Of a stretch of DNA of 64,000 bases, positions 36,780-50,894 are shown in pieces (the stretch's first letter is position 1; every line of letters starts with the position of its first letter). The translations under genes and the position numbers were made by a program. The stretch is from Mobula hypostoma (lineage: Eukaryota): positions 49,726,001-49,790,000 of the forward strand of contig NC_086097.1 of the NCBI RefSeq assembly GCF_963921235.1, given 5' to 3'. Below the pieces are notes generated by a model. That model was given only the letters and a program-made list of their open reading frames with translations, was not told where the DNA came from and did not search any database.

Positions 36780-37535
36780 GGTGCAGGAGCTGATATTCAG
36801 GAACAAGCTTAGGGAGTACATCAAATGAGATTGCTAAGAAACTAGACAGACACATTGATTCAGTGGTATAAATGTTGGGAGGTTCCTAAGGGAGGTTTGT
36901 CTGAGAAGAATACGTAGAGAAAGCAGCGAAAAAAAGGTTTGTCTCAACATATGTTACAGGGTGTTGCTGAGGTCATATCTGGCATACTGAGCACAGTTCT
37001 TGTCTACTTCTTGTCCTAAAATAGAGTATATAGAAGCATTGGAGGCCATCCAAAAGAGCTTCACTAGGCTAAATCCAGGAAGGGAAGCAGTGTCTTATCA
37101 AGATAGGCTAAACAGGTCGGATCAGTATTCTTTGGAGATTAGTTGAATAAGGGTTGAACTTATTGTGGCAATAATAAAGGGGAAATGTTGAGCTATTTTC
37201 ACGTGTAGATTTTCACGTCTTGATTGGGGGACATAGTTACAAGATAATGGGCCAGTCATTTTTAAATGGATGTTCGTAGAAATTTCATATTTCATATTTC
37301 AGAGTGTGATGATGCTCTGGAATTCTATGCCCCTGATGTTCATGGTGGCCAGATCATTAGAGGTATATAAGGTGGCGAGAATTTTTTTTGAATGATTGGG
37401 GAACTGAGGGTTATGAGGAACTGGTACAAAAGCGGAGTTGAAGCCAACTTAGATCAGCCTTGATCATTTTGAACAGCAGGGTAAGTTTGAAGAGCCTAGT
37501 GGCCGTCTCCTGCCCCTACTTTTTTATGTTCTTGT
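36780..37535 (+). mobile_element. Old CR1 3' region
   Basis: Degenerate LRSYLAY.AQF and EALEAIQKSFTRL motifs; CR1-like 3' end. Confidence 0.6.
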
Positions 37536-38169
37536 CAAAGTCACACTAACTGTTGGAAATGAAAGAATTCAATGATAATCCAAGGAATAAAGAAGCAGGT
37601 TATTATTTTGTTCTCCAGGGTGGTCCTGAATGGTAAACTATTGTTCAGTGTTAAAATAGTGAATCTAGATTCTAATAGTCCAGGTGGATTACAAAATTAG
37701 AAAAAGGTATTAGATACAGACATTAGTAGCATTTGTCAGATGTTAGACCAAGTAAAGCTTGCTCATCAGGAATCAAACATTATTTACTAGAGCTCCTTTA
37801 ATGCAAGAAGATTAAAGCTCAAGATACGACAGACATTCATCATTCTGAAGAGGGTGGGAAAATCAGAAAAAAAACATACATTGAACCATAATCTCATACT
37901 GGAAACAAATTTCTCTTCAATAAGCTGTGCCTGCTATTCTTTCATTATTCAGAAAGGAAAATCAATTATCTAAGAGTGAAGAAACCGAGAGCTGTAAATA
38001 GCAGGTCAAGACAAATATGGAAATGATGAAACATCTTGGTTGTTTGACAAGGTCAGATTTTAGTTGTTTCAAGCTACAGGCACTGAAGGGTTTGCTTTCT
38101 AATGGACGATTTTAGAGCAGATGACCCAAATTTATTAATACTAAAGCCAACTTCATAAATGATGATCAT

Positions 38170-39335
38170 TGACGGTATTAGAAGAATTGTTGATAGATAA
38201 CTCTGGAGCTCTCCCATCCACACCACCAAACTCAGAGTTCCCATACCCTGCACTGCTTGTTTCTACCTCCTACCCGAAGTCCACAAACTTAACTGTCCAG
38301 GTAGGCCCATTGTTTCTGCCTGCTCCTGCTGAACTTGGGTCCTCATATTCTGACTTCATTCTAGCTCCTTGGTTCAGTCCCTTTCTACCTACATCCACAA
38401 CACTCCTCATGCTCTCGATCTCCTCAATAACTTTCAATTCCCTGGCCTGACTGCCTCACTTTCACCATGGATGTCCAGTCCCTATACATTTCTACACCCT
38501 CCCCCAACCCCATCAAGAAGGCTTTAAACTTCTCAATAAATAAATAGCCAGCTCCCCTCCACCACCACCCTCCTCCATCTGACAGAACTAGGACTCGCCC
38601 TCTACAACTTCTCCTCAGCCTCTTCCCACTTTCGCCAGATTTGAGGTGTAAATTTGAGGGCAACCGCATGAGCCCCAATCATGCCTGCCTTTTAGATGGC
38701 TACGAAGAGCAGACCATGTTCAAAGCCTTCTCTGGTAATGCTCCCCAATTCTTCCTCTGCTACATTGAAGAACTCATTGCTGCTGTTTCATACACCCATG
38801 CTGAGCTTGTCAATTTCATCAGCTTTACCTCCATCTTCCACCCTGCCCTTAAGTTCAATCTCTCTGTCTCCATCTCTGAAGCCAAATGGTCTACCGGCAT
38901 CTTTTATAAACCTATCAATTCCCATGGTTGTCTTAACTACACATCTTCCTACCCTGTCTCCTGTAAAAATGCTGTTCTCTTTTCTCAGTTCCTTCCTCTC
39001 CTGTGCATCTGTTCCAAGGATGCGGCTTTCCTTTCCAGGACTTCAGAGGTGTCCTCCTTCTTTGAAAAAAAAGGGGTTTCCCTTCCTCCATCATTGATGT
39101 TGCCCTCACCCACATCTGCACTCACCCCATCTTCCAGCCACCTTAACAGGGATAGAGTTCTTCTTGTCCTCATCTATTACCCTGTCCAACACATCACTCT
39201 CCACAATTTCCACCATCTTCAATAGGATCCTACCACCAAACACATTGGTGTGATTCATCGTAAACTGGGTGACCACTTATATTCCGTCTGGTTAGCCTCC
39301 AACCTGATGGCATAAATATTGATTTCTCCTTCCGT
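38170..39335 (+). mobile_element. Decayed Penelope-like element (RT)
   Basis: FTMDVQSLY and MSPNHACLLDGYEEQTMF; colinear with 55035-56925, with an internal deletion. Confidence 0.8.
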
Positions 39336-40214
39336 ATTATGGATATTAGGTACAGATGAGATAAGAACCCCACATACGTTTGTAGTTTGCAAATTAGTTC
39401 ATCAACGGTTTCCACTAGTGGTCCTTTCATGCAGAAGGATTAAAGTTCAAGCTACGGTATAGTAAAAAATTTAAGACTATCCAGTGCCAGGCAGAAATGA
39501 AAAACATGTTGAACTACCTATGGAATTTAATTCATCTGAGTCTATCAGTCTCATTTAGAGAAGGAAAGTCAGTAATCCAAGAATAAAAATAATAACGTAA
39601 ATGCAGTTCTCAACAAAATATAACTGTAAAGTAACATGTCCTTTCACTACCCTAAGTATATGCAAGATATGGTAGTAATTTGACAAGAATGTGATCCTTT
39701 GATTGTCATAATTAATTCACAGCTTTAGGCTTCAGTACGCAAGTCACCTACTTGGGCAGCCCCTCTGGATCCACTCCAGTTCTATGGCTTTTGAGGTGAT
39801 TCATAAATCCTACACACAAAGGACAGGAGGTGTCTCATGGGCAGGATGGGTGAGGAAATTTTGAGGTCATATGCTCCTTCTGAAACTTATACCGTGATTC
39901 TGTGTGCTCCCAACGCACTTCCCTCCTGAATGTTTCTTCTCCACTTTGAGGGATTGTGGGTCAGAGGTCATGGAGAAGGTTGCACTTCACAAGGTAGATA
40001 AACACACAGTCTTTTCTGACTCTCTCCGGGTGCTGTATGAAACACCAACCAGGACCTGCATCCGTTCCATGCCTTCTGCAGAAACCTTTCTAGTAATTGT
40101 TTGAAATCTGGTTTACAGTAAACTGCTGGTAAACATTCAATGAAGAAACTAAATGCAGGCTGAATGACCACTTTTACTCAGTCAGCAACATTGTCTCAGT
40201 GCTTCCCTTTGCCT

Positions 40215-40715
40215 GACATATTAATTTGCCATCCCACTTCCTCTTTTCCCTCCTTATATCTGGCCTCCTACATTATTCCAATAGAATTCAATGCAGGTAA
40301 TCTCTATTAGGTACATTGCAGCCTTCCAGAACGCTACGTTCAATAATTTCAGATAGTTGGCCATTCTTATCTTTCACCTTTTTTCACCTCTTTCTTCCGG
40401 AATTTCAGGTTCCACTTGTTTCCTTATACTTGCACATTTCTCAAGCATTCCTTATTTCAATCAATAATTGCTATCATTTTCTTACAGCCAATTCCATTAC
40501 CACTTATGTTAAACAATCTCATCAGATCTCTATCTTATGACAGAGCTCCTCTGTTGTTCGCTCAACACATGTCTTTGCTTTGCAGTTGAAACATTTCTTA
40601 CCACGGTCCCCACCCCCCCAGTTATTGTAAAAGAGTATGAACCTGAAAAGTAAACTCTATTTCCACCGATTCTATTTGACCTGCAGAGTTTTCCAGCACT
40701 TTCAGTTTAATTCAA
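40215..40715 (+). mobile_element. Very old Penelope-like 3' end
   Basis: ggcctcctacatt..ggtacattgcagcct, then ttgacctgcagagttttccagcacttt, similar to the pLTR tail. Confidence 0.45.
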
Positions 40716-41177
40716 CTTGTGCAATTTTTCAGCTCATTAATTGTATAGACATTTATCACAAATTATATTTCAAGATGTATTAACAAGTGAAAGTTCTTTA
40801 TTGCATAGTCAAAACTATTTTTGATTTGAAGAAATCCTTACAGCAATTCTAAGCAAAGCCCAATGGCCCTGGTAATTTTATTGACTGATAATATATAACT
40901 GTTTCCATACATCATTTTTGCTAGATAGAGCTTCAGAACTTATTTGACTAAAGAAAATTGAAGTTATTGTAATGGCATTTTGTACTGCAGTTTTTACTCA
41001 AAGGGTATTTGATATTCCTGGTTATAAAGATTGGTAAAACTTTTTGGCTTGGAAATCAATTAGGCATGGGATCACCAAAGTTCATTTAATTGTTTTAAAG
41101 AAGAATGCTGCTGAGATAAATCCTATAATTCTTGGATGATTCATAGCAACAAAACTTATTGTGCTGATTCCTACAGA

Positions 41178-42670
41178 TTCAGAGTCAAAGTTCAAAGACA
41201 ATTTATTATCAAAGTACATTTTATGTCACCATATACAACCCAGGTCGACTGGTGGTGCAGTGAGATCAGCGCCGGGCTCGAGAACAGAGATTCCCAAGTT
41301 TGATCCCGTGACAGACCGCCCCGCCCCCATGCGTGCTCTCCATCTGTGCCGGGTTGATGTCAAGCTCACAACTCGGCCTCGTAAAATAATAATGCGAAAT
41401 GTCTGTGTGTGGAGTGGCGCCCCACACAGCCTTTCGAACTGCGCCTTGTAAGGCATGAAAATGCCCGATGCTGGCCTCTCATGCTGAGTCGACGTCCTCA
41501 TCATATACAACCCTGAGTTTCATTTTCTTGCGGGCAGTCACAGCAAATGCAAGAATTACAGTGGAAACAATGAAAGCACACCCAACTGGATGGACAAACA
41601 ATCACTGTGCAAAAAGCAACAAATTTGCAAATACAAGATGAAAGAGAAAAACAATAATAATATGAATAAGTAATAAATATCGAGAACATGAGATGAAGGG
41701 TCCTTGAAAGTGAGTCCATATGTTGTCGGAACAGTTCAGTCATGGGGGCGGGGGACGAGAAAAACTGACTGAAGTTATCCCCTCTGGTTCAGGACTCTGA
41801 TGGTTGAGGGGTAGTAACTGTTCCTGAATCTGGTGGTGCGTGTCCTGAGGCTCCTGTACCTCCTTCCTGATGGCAGCAACAAGAAGAGAGCATGACCTGT
41901 ATGGTGGGGGTCCTTGGTGATGGATGCTGCTTTCCTCCGACAGTGCTCCATGTGGATGTGCTCAATAGTGGGGAGGGCTTTAGCTATGGTGAACTGGGCT
42001 GTACCCATTCTACTTTGTAGGCTTTACCATTCAAGGACATTGGCGTTTCCACACAAGGCCGTGATGCAACCAGTCAGCATACTCTCCACCACACATCTAT
42101 AGAAGTTTGTCAAAGTTTTAGATGACATGCTGAATCTTTGCAAACTTATAAGAAAGTAGAGGCACTGCTGTGCTTTCATCATAATTACATTTAACATGTT
42201 AGACCCAGGACAGATCCTCTGAAATGATAACACTGAGGAATTTAAAGTTGCTGACTCTCTGATCCCCTGATGAGGACCGGCACATGGACTTCCAGTTTCC
42301 TCCTCCTGAAGTCAATAATCATCTCCTTGGTCCTGCTGACATTAAGTGAGGGGTTGTTGTTGTGGTGCCACTCAGGGAGAGTTTCAATCTCCCTTTTATA
42401 TGCTGATTCATCGACACCCTTGAAACAGAATCAGGTTTAATATCACTGGCATATGTCAAGAAATTTGTTTTGCGGCAACAGTACATTGCAATACATAATA
42501 ATAAAAAAATACAAATTACAATAAGAAATATATGTTAAAATTAAATTACATAAGAAGTGCAAAAAGAAAGCCAAAAAAATCATCCATTCAGAAATCTGAT
42601 GGCAGAGAGGAAGAAGCTGTTCGTAAAATGTTGAGTGTGTGTCTTCAGGCTCCTGTACCTCCTCCTTGAT
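41178..42670 (-). mobile_element. Rex1/Babar-type LINE 3' fragments (two adjacent)
   Basis: KAQQCLYFLISLQRFSM, KDPHHTGHALFLLLPSGRRYRS; tails ttcaaag and agaatcag. Confidence 0.85.
41242..41501 (+). mobile_element. tRNA-derived SINE with a 12-bp TSD
   Basis: Exact TSD catatacaaccc at 41230-41241 and 41502-41513. A-box-like tggtgcagtg, B-box-like agtttgatccc. Shares a middle motif with the 25898 SINE. Confidence 0.82.
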
Positions 42671-42929
42671 GGGTACAATGTGGTAACTGCTAAATAACAT
42701 TATATAGGCTTACAAGAGCCAAGTTCATTGCAATTTAACACTAGTTATTTTTATTTTATGTGATGTGCTTTTGAGAATATTAAGCAATGTACTGACATTA
42801 TTAAAACAACATTTGGTCTACATAAATTTAAAGTATGAACATACAGAACTAGAATAAATAAATGAGACCTTCTTTAATTTTGTTGAGCTTGTAAAGCAGT
42901 ACTTGTTACTTGCAACATATATCAATTTA

Positions 42930-44118
42930 TCAGAATCAAAATCAGAATCAGAATCAGGTTTATTATCACCGGCATGTGATGTGAAATTTGTTAACTTAGC
43001 AGCAGCAGTTCTATGCAATGCATAATCTAGCAGAGAGTGAAAAAAATAAATTAAATAAAACATAATAATAAATAAACAAGTAAATCAATCACATATAATG
43101 AATAGATTTTTGAAAAATGTGCAAAAACAGAAATACTGTATATTAAAAAAAGTGAGGTAGCGTCCAAAGCTTCAAAGTCCATTTAGGAATCGGATGGCAG
43201 AGGGGAAGCAGCTGTTCCTGAATCACTGAGTGTGTGCCTTCAGGTTTCTGTACCTCCTACCTGATGGAAACAGTGAGAAAAGATCATGCCCTGGGTGCTG
43301 GAGGAGGTCCTTAATAATGGACGCTGCCTTTCTGAGACACCACTCCCCAAAGATGTCCTGGGTACTTTGTAGGCTAGTGCCCAAGATGGAGCTGACTAGA
43401 TTTACAACCTTCTGCAGCTTCTTTCAATCCTGTGCAGTAGCCCCCCCCCCCCCCCATACCAGACAGTGATGCAGCCTGTCAGAATGCTTTCCACGGTGCA
43501 ACTATAGAAGCTTTTGAGTGTATTTGTTGACATGCCAAATCTCTTCAAACTCCTAATAAAGTATAGCCACTGTCTTGCCTTCTTTATGACTACATCGATA
43601 TGTTGGGACCAGGTTAGATCCTCAGAGATCTGGACACCGAGGAACTTGAAGCTGCTCACTGTCTCCACTTCTGATCCCTCTATGAGGATTGGTCTGTGCT
43701 CCTTCACCTTACCCTTCCTGAAGTCCACAATCAGCCCTTTCATCTTACTGACGTTGAGTGCCAGGTTGTTGCTGCGGCACCACTCCACTAGTTGGCATAT
43801 CTCACTCCTGTACGCCCTCTCATCACCACCTGAGATTCTACCAACAATGGTTGTATTGTCAGCAAATTTGTAGATGGTAATTGAGCTATGCCTAGCCACA
43901 TAGTCATGTGTATACAGAGAGTAGAGCAGTGGGCTAAGCACACACCCCTGAGGTGTGCCAGTATTGAGTGTCACCGAGGAGGATATGCTATCACCAACCC
44001 GCACAGACTGTGGTCTTCCGGTTAGGAAGTCGAGGATCCAGTCGCAGAGGGAAGTACAGAGGCCGAGGTTCTGCAACTTCCCAATCAGGATTGTGGGAAT
44101 GATGGTATTAAATGGTAT
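42930..44118 (-). mobile_element. Relatively young Rex1/Babar-type LINE (RT to 3' tail)
   Basis: ORF 43402-44121 [35 protein letters not shown]; (agaatc)n tail. Confidence 0.92.
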
Positions 44119-44711
44119 CAAAAGTTAAATGTAAAAATAAAGCATATAACCAATTTCTCTTTTGACTCCAACTTTATTTATAAAGATAAAAAGTATCTTG
44201 ATAGCCTGAACTTTGCTCGGCAATTATTTTCCATTCAGACAAATACATATGCTGATATGTTAGAGGTGCTTTGTCCAAGACGTAGGGAACCCAATTACAA
44301 ATTGTCTATTCAAATATTATTTTCTAATAGCATATGGAGGTAGGCTGTACAGGCATCTATGATTTAGTTTGTTCCAGACAACCCAGCTATTATATATAAT
44401 AAATCCAAAGGTTCAGCTTCATAAAATAATGTCTTCTTTTACTATTTGAAGTTAATTTGCTAGGAAATTTGCATATAAATAATTTTCTGACAGCAAAATC
44501 TAATATGTTGCAGTACCATATCAGAATAAAAATAATATTTTCTACTCGAGTTGTAGACACAAGCCGCAGAAGTGGTCATTAAATACCAAAAATATGTCAG
44601 TTTGCATATGTTAGACTGCTCCCAGATTTCATTATCAGAATTAATTGCAAGTATCGTTTCATCATAGGGGATGAAATCAGATACCTCAACATAAACTAAA
44701 GGTTTTAATAG

Positions 44712-45510
44712 AGTCATATAGTCATAGAGCACTACAATGCAGAAACAGGCCCTTCAGCCCATCTCATCCTTGCCAACCTAGTGCTATCTACCTGCACCTG
44801 GACCACAACTCTCCATACACTTCTCATCCATGTGCTTGCTCAAACTACTCTTAAATGTTACAAATGAAGCCACATCTATCACTTCTACTGGCAGCTTGTT
44901 CCACACTCGCCACCCTCTGAGTGAAGCAGTTCCACTTTGGGTTCCCCTTAAATTCACTTAACCTATGACCTCTAGTTCTAGTATCCTCCAACTTCAGTGA
45001 AAAAAGACTGCTTACATTAACACTATCTATACCTCTCATTATTTTGTATACATCTATCTGATCTCACCTCATTTTCCTACACTCTTGGAAGTAAAGTTGT
45101 TAAAGTAGTTAATCTTTCATCATAACTCAGGCACTCACATCTGGCAACCTGTACATTTTCTCTGCACTCTTCAAAGTTTGTTGATATCTTTCCTGTAGGT
45201 AAGTGACAATACTCCATATCCTCAAAAGTTTGTTAAGATATGGCATGAAATCTAAAACTTTGACCAACTTCGATAGATGTGTAGTGGAGAGTACATTGAC
45301 AGGTTGCATTACAGCCTGGGATGAAAACACCAAAGCCCTTGTACAAAAAACCCTTCAGAAAGTAGTGGATATGGCCCAGTCCATCAGGGGTAAAGCCCTC
45401 CCCACCATTCAGCCCATCTACTCTGGTGGCAGCATCCATCAGAGGACCATCACAACCTACACCATGCTCTCTCCTCGCTGCTGCCACCAGGAAAATGATG
45501 CAGGAGATCT
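44712..45510. mobile_element. CR1 3' end (-, ~44712-45210) and Rex1 fragment (+, ~45215-45510)
   Basis: MRGIDSVNVSSLF..TRGH; LRYGMKSKTLTNFDRCVVESTLTGCIT. Confidence 0.75.
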
Positions 45511-45646
45511 CAAACATGAGAAATTCTGCAGAGGCTGTAAATCCAAAGTAACACGCACAAAATGCTAGAGGAGCTCAGGTCAGGCAGCATCCATGGAAAA
45601 GTGTAAATGGTTGACACTTTGAGCCAAGAGCCTTCTTCGGCACTGG
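45510..45646 (-). mobile_element. Penelope pLTR fragment with a degraded hammerhead
   Basis: Reverse complement reads ccagtg-ccgaaga-aggctcttggctc-aaag-tgtc..ggatgctgcctgacc..tail. Confidence 0.6.
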
Positions 45647-48600
45647 AGTGGCACTGAGGCTGACCCTGTGTCTCAGAAGGGTAGGGAACAGAAGAGGAGG
45701 GCAGTGGTAATAGGGGACTCTACAGTTAGGAGGACAGATAGGTGATTCTGTGGACGCGAAAAAGAAACAAGGATGGTAGTTTGCCTCCCAGGTGCCAGGG
45801 TTCATGATGTTTCTGAGCGAGGCCACAATATCCTGAAATGGGAGGGTGAGCAGTCAGAGGTCATGGTACATATTGGTACCAACGACATTGGTAGAAAAAG
45901 GGTGGAGGTCCTGAAAGCAGAATACAGGGAGTTAGGAAGGAAGCTGAGGAGCAGGATCTCAAAGGTAGTAATCTTGGGATTGCTGCCTGTGCCACGTGAC
46001 AGTGAGTATAAGAATAGAATAAGGTGGAGGATAAATGTGTAGCTGAAGGATTGGAGCGGGGGCAGGGATTCAGATTTTTGGATCATTGGGACCTCTTTTG
46101 GGGCAGGTGTGACCTATACAAAAAGGACAGAACACTAGAACACCACAGCACAGTACAGGCCCTTCGGACCTCAATGTTGTGCCAACCCATATATTCCTTT
46201 AAAAAAGTACTAAACCCACACTACCCCATAACCTTCTATATTTCTTTCATCCATGTGCCTGTCCAAGAGGTTAGACTTGAATCCGAGGGGGACCAATATC
46301 CTGGCGGGGAGGCTTGCTAGTGCTCTTGGGGAGGGTTTAAACCAGATTTGCAGGCGGGTGGGAACCAAAGTGAAGAGGCAGATGATGGGGAGGTTGGAGC
46401 ACAGTACAGACAGCTTGTAGGGAGTTTGTGAGGAAGGATAGGCAGATGTTAGAGCAAAGATGCACTCAGCCTGATAGTTTGAGAAGTGCCTATTTTAATG
46501 CAAGGAGTATCATAATCAAGGTGGATGAATTTAGAGCGTGGATCAATAAGTGGAACTGTGACATTGTGGCCATTACAGAGGTTTGGATGTCTCAGGAGCA
46601 GGAATGACTGCTGAGTGTGCCGGGCTTTAGATGTTTCAAAAAGAACAGAGAGGGAGACAAAAGAGGTGGAGGCGTGGCATTGCTAATTAGGGATCGTGTC
46701 ACGGCTGCAGAAAAGGAGGAAGTCGTGGAGGGATTGTCTTCTGGGTCAGTGGGGGTGGAAGTCAGAAACAGGAAAGGGGCAATAACTCTACTAGGCGTTT
46801 TTATAGACCCCCAATAGTAACAGGGATATCGAGGAGCAGATAGGGAGGCAGATTCTGGAACGGTTCTGGAATAATAATAGGGTTGTTGTAATGGGAGATT
46901 TTAGCGTTCCTAATATTGACTGGCATCTGCAAGGGGTTTAGATGGGATGGAGTTTGTTAGGTGTGTTCAGGAAGGTTTCCTCAAGCAATATGTAGATAAG
47001 CCAACTAGAGGAGAGGCTGTACTTGATCTGATATTGAGAAATGAATCTGGTTTGGTGTCAGATCTCTCGGTGGGAGAGCATTTAGGAGGTAGTGACCACA
47101 ACTCTATCTCCTTCACCATAGTACTGGAGAGGGATAGGAGCAGATAATTTGGGAAAACATTTAATTGGGGTAGGGGAAAATATGATACTATTAGGCAGGA
47201 ACTTGGGAGCATAAATTGGGAGCAGCTGTTCTCGGGGAAATGCATGGCAGAAATGTGGCAAATGTTTAGGGAACATTTGCATGGAGTTCTGCATAGGTAT
47301 GTTCCATTGAGGCAGGGAAAGGATGGTAGAGTTAAAGAACCATGGTGTGCAAAGTATGTAGAAAATCTAGTTAAGAAGAAAAGATTACGAAATGTTCAAG
47401 AAACTAGGCACTGTTAGAGCTCTATAAAATTACAAGGTTACTAGGAAGGAGCTTAAGAATGAATTAGGAGAGCCAGAAGGTGCCACGAGAAGGCCTTGGT
47501 GAGCAGGATTAAGGAAAACCCCAAGGCATTCTACAAGTATGTGAAGAGCAAGAGAAACCATAGAAACCATAGAAAAACTACAGCACAGAAACAGGCCTTT
47601 TGGCCCTTCTTGGCTGTGCCGAACCACTTTCTGCCTAGTCCCACTGACCTGCACATGGACCATATCCCTCCATACACCTCCCATCCATGTATCTGTCCAA
47701 TTTATTCTTAAATGTTAAAAAAGAACCCACATTTACCACCTCATCTGGCAGCTCATTCCATACTCCCACCACTCTCTGTGTGAAGAAACCCCCCCGAATG
47801 TTCACTTTAAACTTTTCCCCCCTCACCCTTAACCCATGTCCTCTGGTTTTTTCTCCCCTTGCCTCAGTGGAAAAAGCCTGCTTGCATTCACTCTATCTAT
47901 ACCCATCATAATTTTATATACCTCTATCAAATCTCCACTCATTCTTCTATGCTCCAGGGAATAAAGTCCTAACCTATTCAACCTTTCTCTGTAACTGAGT
48001 TTCTCAAGTCCCGGCAACATCCTTGTAAACCTTCTCTGCACTCTTTCAACCTTATTTATATCCTTCCTGTAATTTGGTGACCAAAACTGAACACAATACT
48101 CCAGATTCGGCCTCACTAATGCCTTATACAACCTCATCATAACATTCCAGCTCTTACACTCAACACTTTGATTAATAAAGGCCGATGTACCAAAAGCTCT
48201 CTTTACGACCCTATCTTCCTGTGACGCCACAGAGGATGAGCCGTGTGAGAATAGGACCAATCAGGTGTGATAGTGGAAACGTGTGCATGGAGTCGGTGGA
48301 GGTAGCAGAGGTACTTAATGAATACTTTGCTTCAGTATTCACCAGGGAAAAAGACCTTGGCAATTGTGGGGATGGCTTACAGCATATGTTTGAGCATATA
48401 GACATTAAGAAAGAAGATGTGCTGGAGCTTTTGAAAAGCATTAAGTTAGATAAGTCACTGGGACCGGATGAGTTATACCCCAGCCTACTGTACGAAGCGA
48501 GGTGGGAGATCGCTGAGCCTCTTGCAATGATCTTTGCATCGTCAATAGGGATGGGAGAAGTACCGGAGGATTGGAGGATTGGAGGGTTGTAAATGTTGTT

Positions 48601-50480
48601 CCGTTGTTCAAGAAAGGGAGTAGAGCTAACCCAGGAAATCATAGACCAGTGATTCAGACTTCAGTGGTGGGCAAGTTGTTGGAGGAGATCCTGAGAGGCG
48701 GGATTTATGAGCATTTGGAGAGACTTAATCTGATTAGGGATAGTCTGCATGGCTTTGTCAAGGGCAGATCATACCTTACAAGCCTGATTGAATTCTTTGA
48801 GGATGTAACAAAACGCATTGAAGAAGGTAGTACAGTGGATGTAGTGTATATGGATTTCAGTAAGGCATTTGATAAAGTTCCCCATGCAAGCTCCTTCAGA
48901 AAGTAAAGAGACATGGGATCCAAGGCGACTTTGCTTTGTGGATCCAGAACTGGCTTGACCACAGAAAGCAAAAGGTTGTTGTAGATGGTTCGTACTCTGC
49001 ATGGAGATCAGTGACCAGTGGTGTTCTGCAGCGATCTGTTCTGGGACCCCTCCTCTTTGTGATTTTTATAAATGACCTGGATGAAGAAGTAGAAGGGTGG
49101 ATTAGTAAGTTTGCAGATGTCACAAAGGTTGGGGTTGTTGTGGATAGTCTGGAGGGTTGCCAAAGGTTACAGCGGGTCATCAACTGGGCTGAGAAGTGGC
49201 AGATGGACCTCAATCCAGATAAGTATGAAGTGGTTCATTTTGGTAGGTCCAATTTGAAGACAGAATATCATATAAATGGTAAGACTCTCGGCAGTGTGGA
49301 GGATCTGAGAGATCTTGGGGTCCATGGTGCTAGGGCACTCAAAGCTACTGTGCAGGTTGACAGTGTTGTTAAGAAAGTGTATGGTGTGTTGGCATTCAAC
49401 AACCGTGGGATTGAGTTCAAGAGCCATAAAACCATAAGATATAGTAGCAGAAGTAGGCCATGCGGCCCACTGAGTCTGCTCCATCATTCAATCATGGCTG
49501 ATCCAATTCTTCCAGTCATCCCCACTCCCTGCCTTCTTCCCATACTCTTTGATGTCCTAGCTAATCAAGAACCTATCTATCTCTGCCTTAAATGCTCCCA
49601 ATGACTTGGCCTCCACAGCCACTCACGGCAACAAATTCCACAGATTTACCATCCTCTGACTAAAGTAATTTCTCCACACTTCTGTTCTAAGTGGACGTCC
49701 TTCAATCCTGAAGTCGTGTCCTCTTGTCCTAGACTCCCCTACCATGGGAAATAACTTTGCCATATCTAATCTGTTCAGGCCTTTTAACATTCGGAATGTT
49801 TCTATGAGATCCCCTCTCATTCTCCTGAACTCCAGGGAATACAGCTCAAGAGCTGCCAGATGTTCCTCATATGGTAACCCTTTCAACCCTTTCACTTGGT
49901 CGTGAGGTAATGTTACAGCTACATAAGACCTTGGTCAGACTCCACTTGGAGTACTGTGTTTAGTTCTGGTCACCTCACTACAGGAAGGATGTGGATACTA
50001 TAGAGTGCAGAGGAGATTTACAAGGATGTTGCCTGGACTGGAGAGCATACCTTATGAGAATAGGTTGAGTGTACTTGGCCTTTTCTCCTTGGAGTAATGG
50101 AGGATGAGAGGTGACCTGATAGAGGTGTATAAGATGGTGAGGGGCATTGATCATGTGGATAGCCAGAGGCTTTTTCCCAGGGCTGAAATGGCTAACATGA
50201 GGGAGCATAGTTTTAAGGTGCTTGGAAATAGGTACTGAGGGGATGTGAGGGGTAAGTGGTGGGTGCGTGGAATGCACTGCTGGCAGTGATGGTGGAAGCG
50301 GATACAATAGGGTCTTTTAAAAGCCTCTTAGATAGGTACATGGAGCTTAGAAAAATAGAGGGCTATGCGCTAGGGAAATTCTAGGCAGTCTCTACAGTAG
50401 GTTACATTGTTGGCATTACATTGTGGGCCGAAGGGCCTGTAATGTGCTGTAAATTTCTATGTTCTATGTTCTATGTTCTA
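45647..50480 (+). mobile_element. CR1 LINE (ORF1 esterase, EN, RT, tail) with three antisense CR1 3'-end insertions
   Basis: VVCLPGARVHDVS..VHIGTNDI; LGGSDHN; DFSKAFDKVPH; (ttctatg)n tail. Inserts at 46131-46267, 47555-48230 and ~49425-49900. Confidence 0.9.
47555..48230 (-). mobile_element. Young CR1 3' fragment, same subfamily as 11664-13050
   Basis: agag duplicated at 47551-47554 and 48231-48234. Sequence closely matches the reverse complement of ~12365-13045. Confidence 0.9.
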
Positions 50481-50559
50481 TGAAAGGAAGCGGGAAGATG
50501 CCAGAATAAAAGGGAATAATGGAAGGAGCAATTCCTGCGGGACCAAGGGATCGCAGGGC

Positions 50560-50894
50560 CCACACCATCAAGTTCAGGAACAGTTATTACCCCTCAACTA
50601 TCAGGCTCCTGAACCAGAGGGGATAACATCATTCATCCCATTACTGAACTGTTCCCACAACCTTTGGAGTCGCTTTCAAGGACTCTTCATCTCGTGTTCT
50701 CCATATTTATTGTTTACTTATATATTATTATTATTTTTTCCTTTTGTATCTGCACATTCTCTTTTGCATATTAGTTGTTTGCCCGTCCTGTTGGGTGTGG
50801 TCTTTCATTGATTCGATTGTGTCTCTCAGAATTACTGTGTATGCCTGCAAGAAAATGAACCTTAGGGCTTTATATAGTGACATATGTGTACTTT
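50560..50894 (+). mobile_element. Rex1-type 3' end
   Basis: Colinear with 1615-1945. Confidence 0.8.

Noticed and set aside
44460..44732. 90-aa ORF in unique AT-rich DNA
   Set aside because: Starts in a CR1 tail, has no domain and no coherent splice signals.
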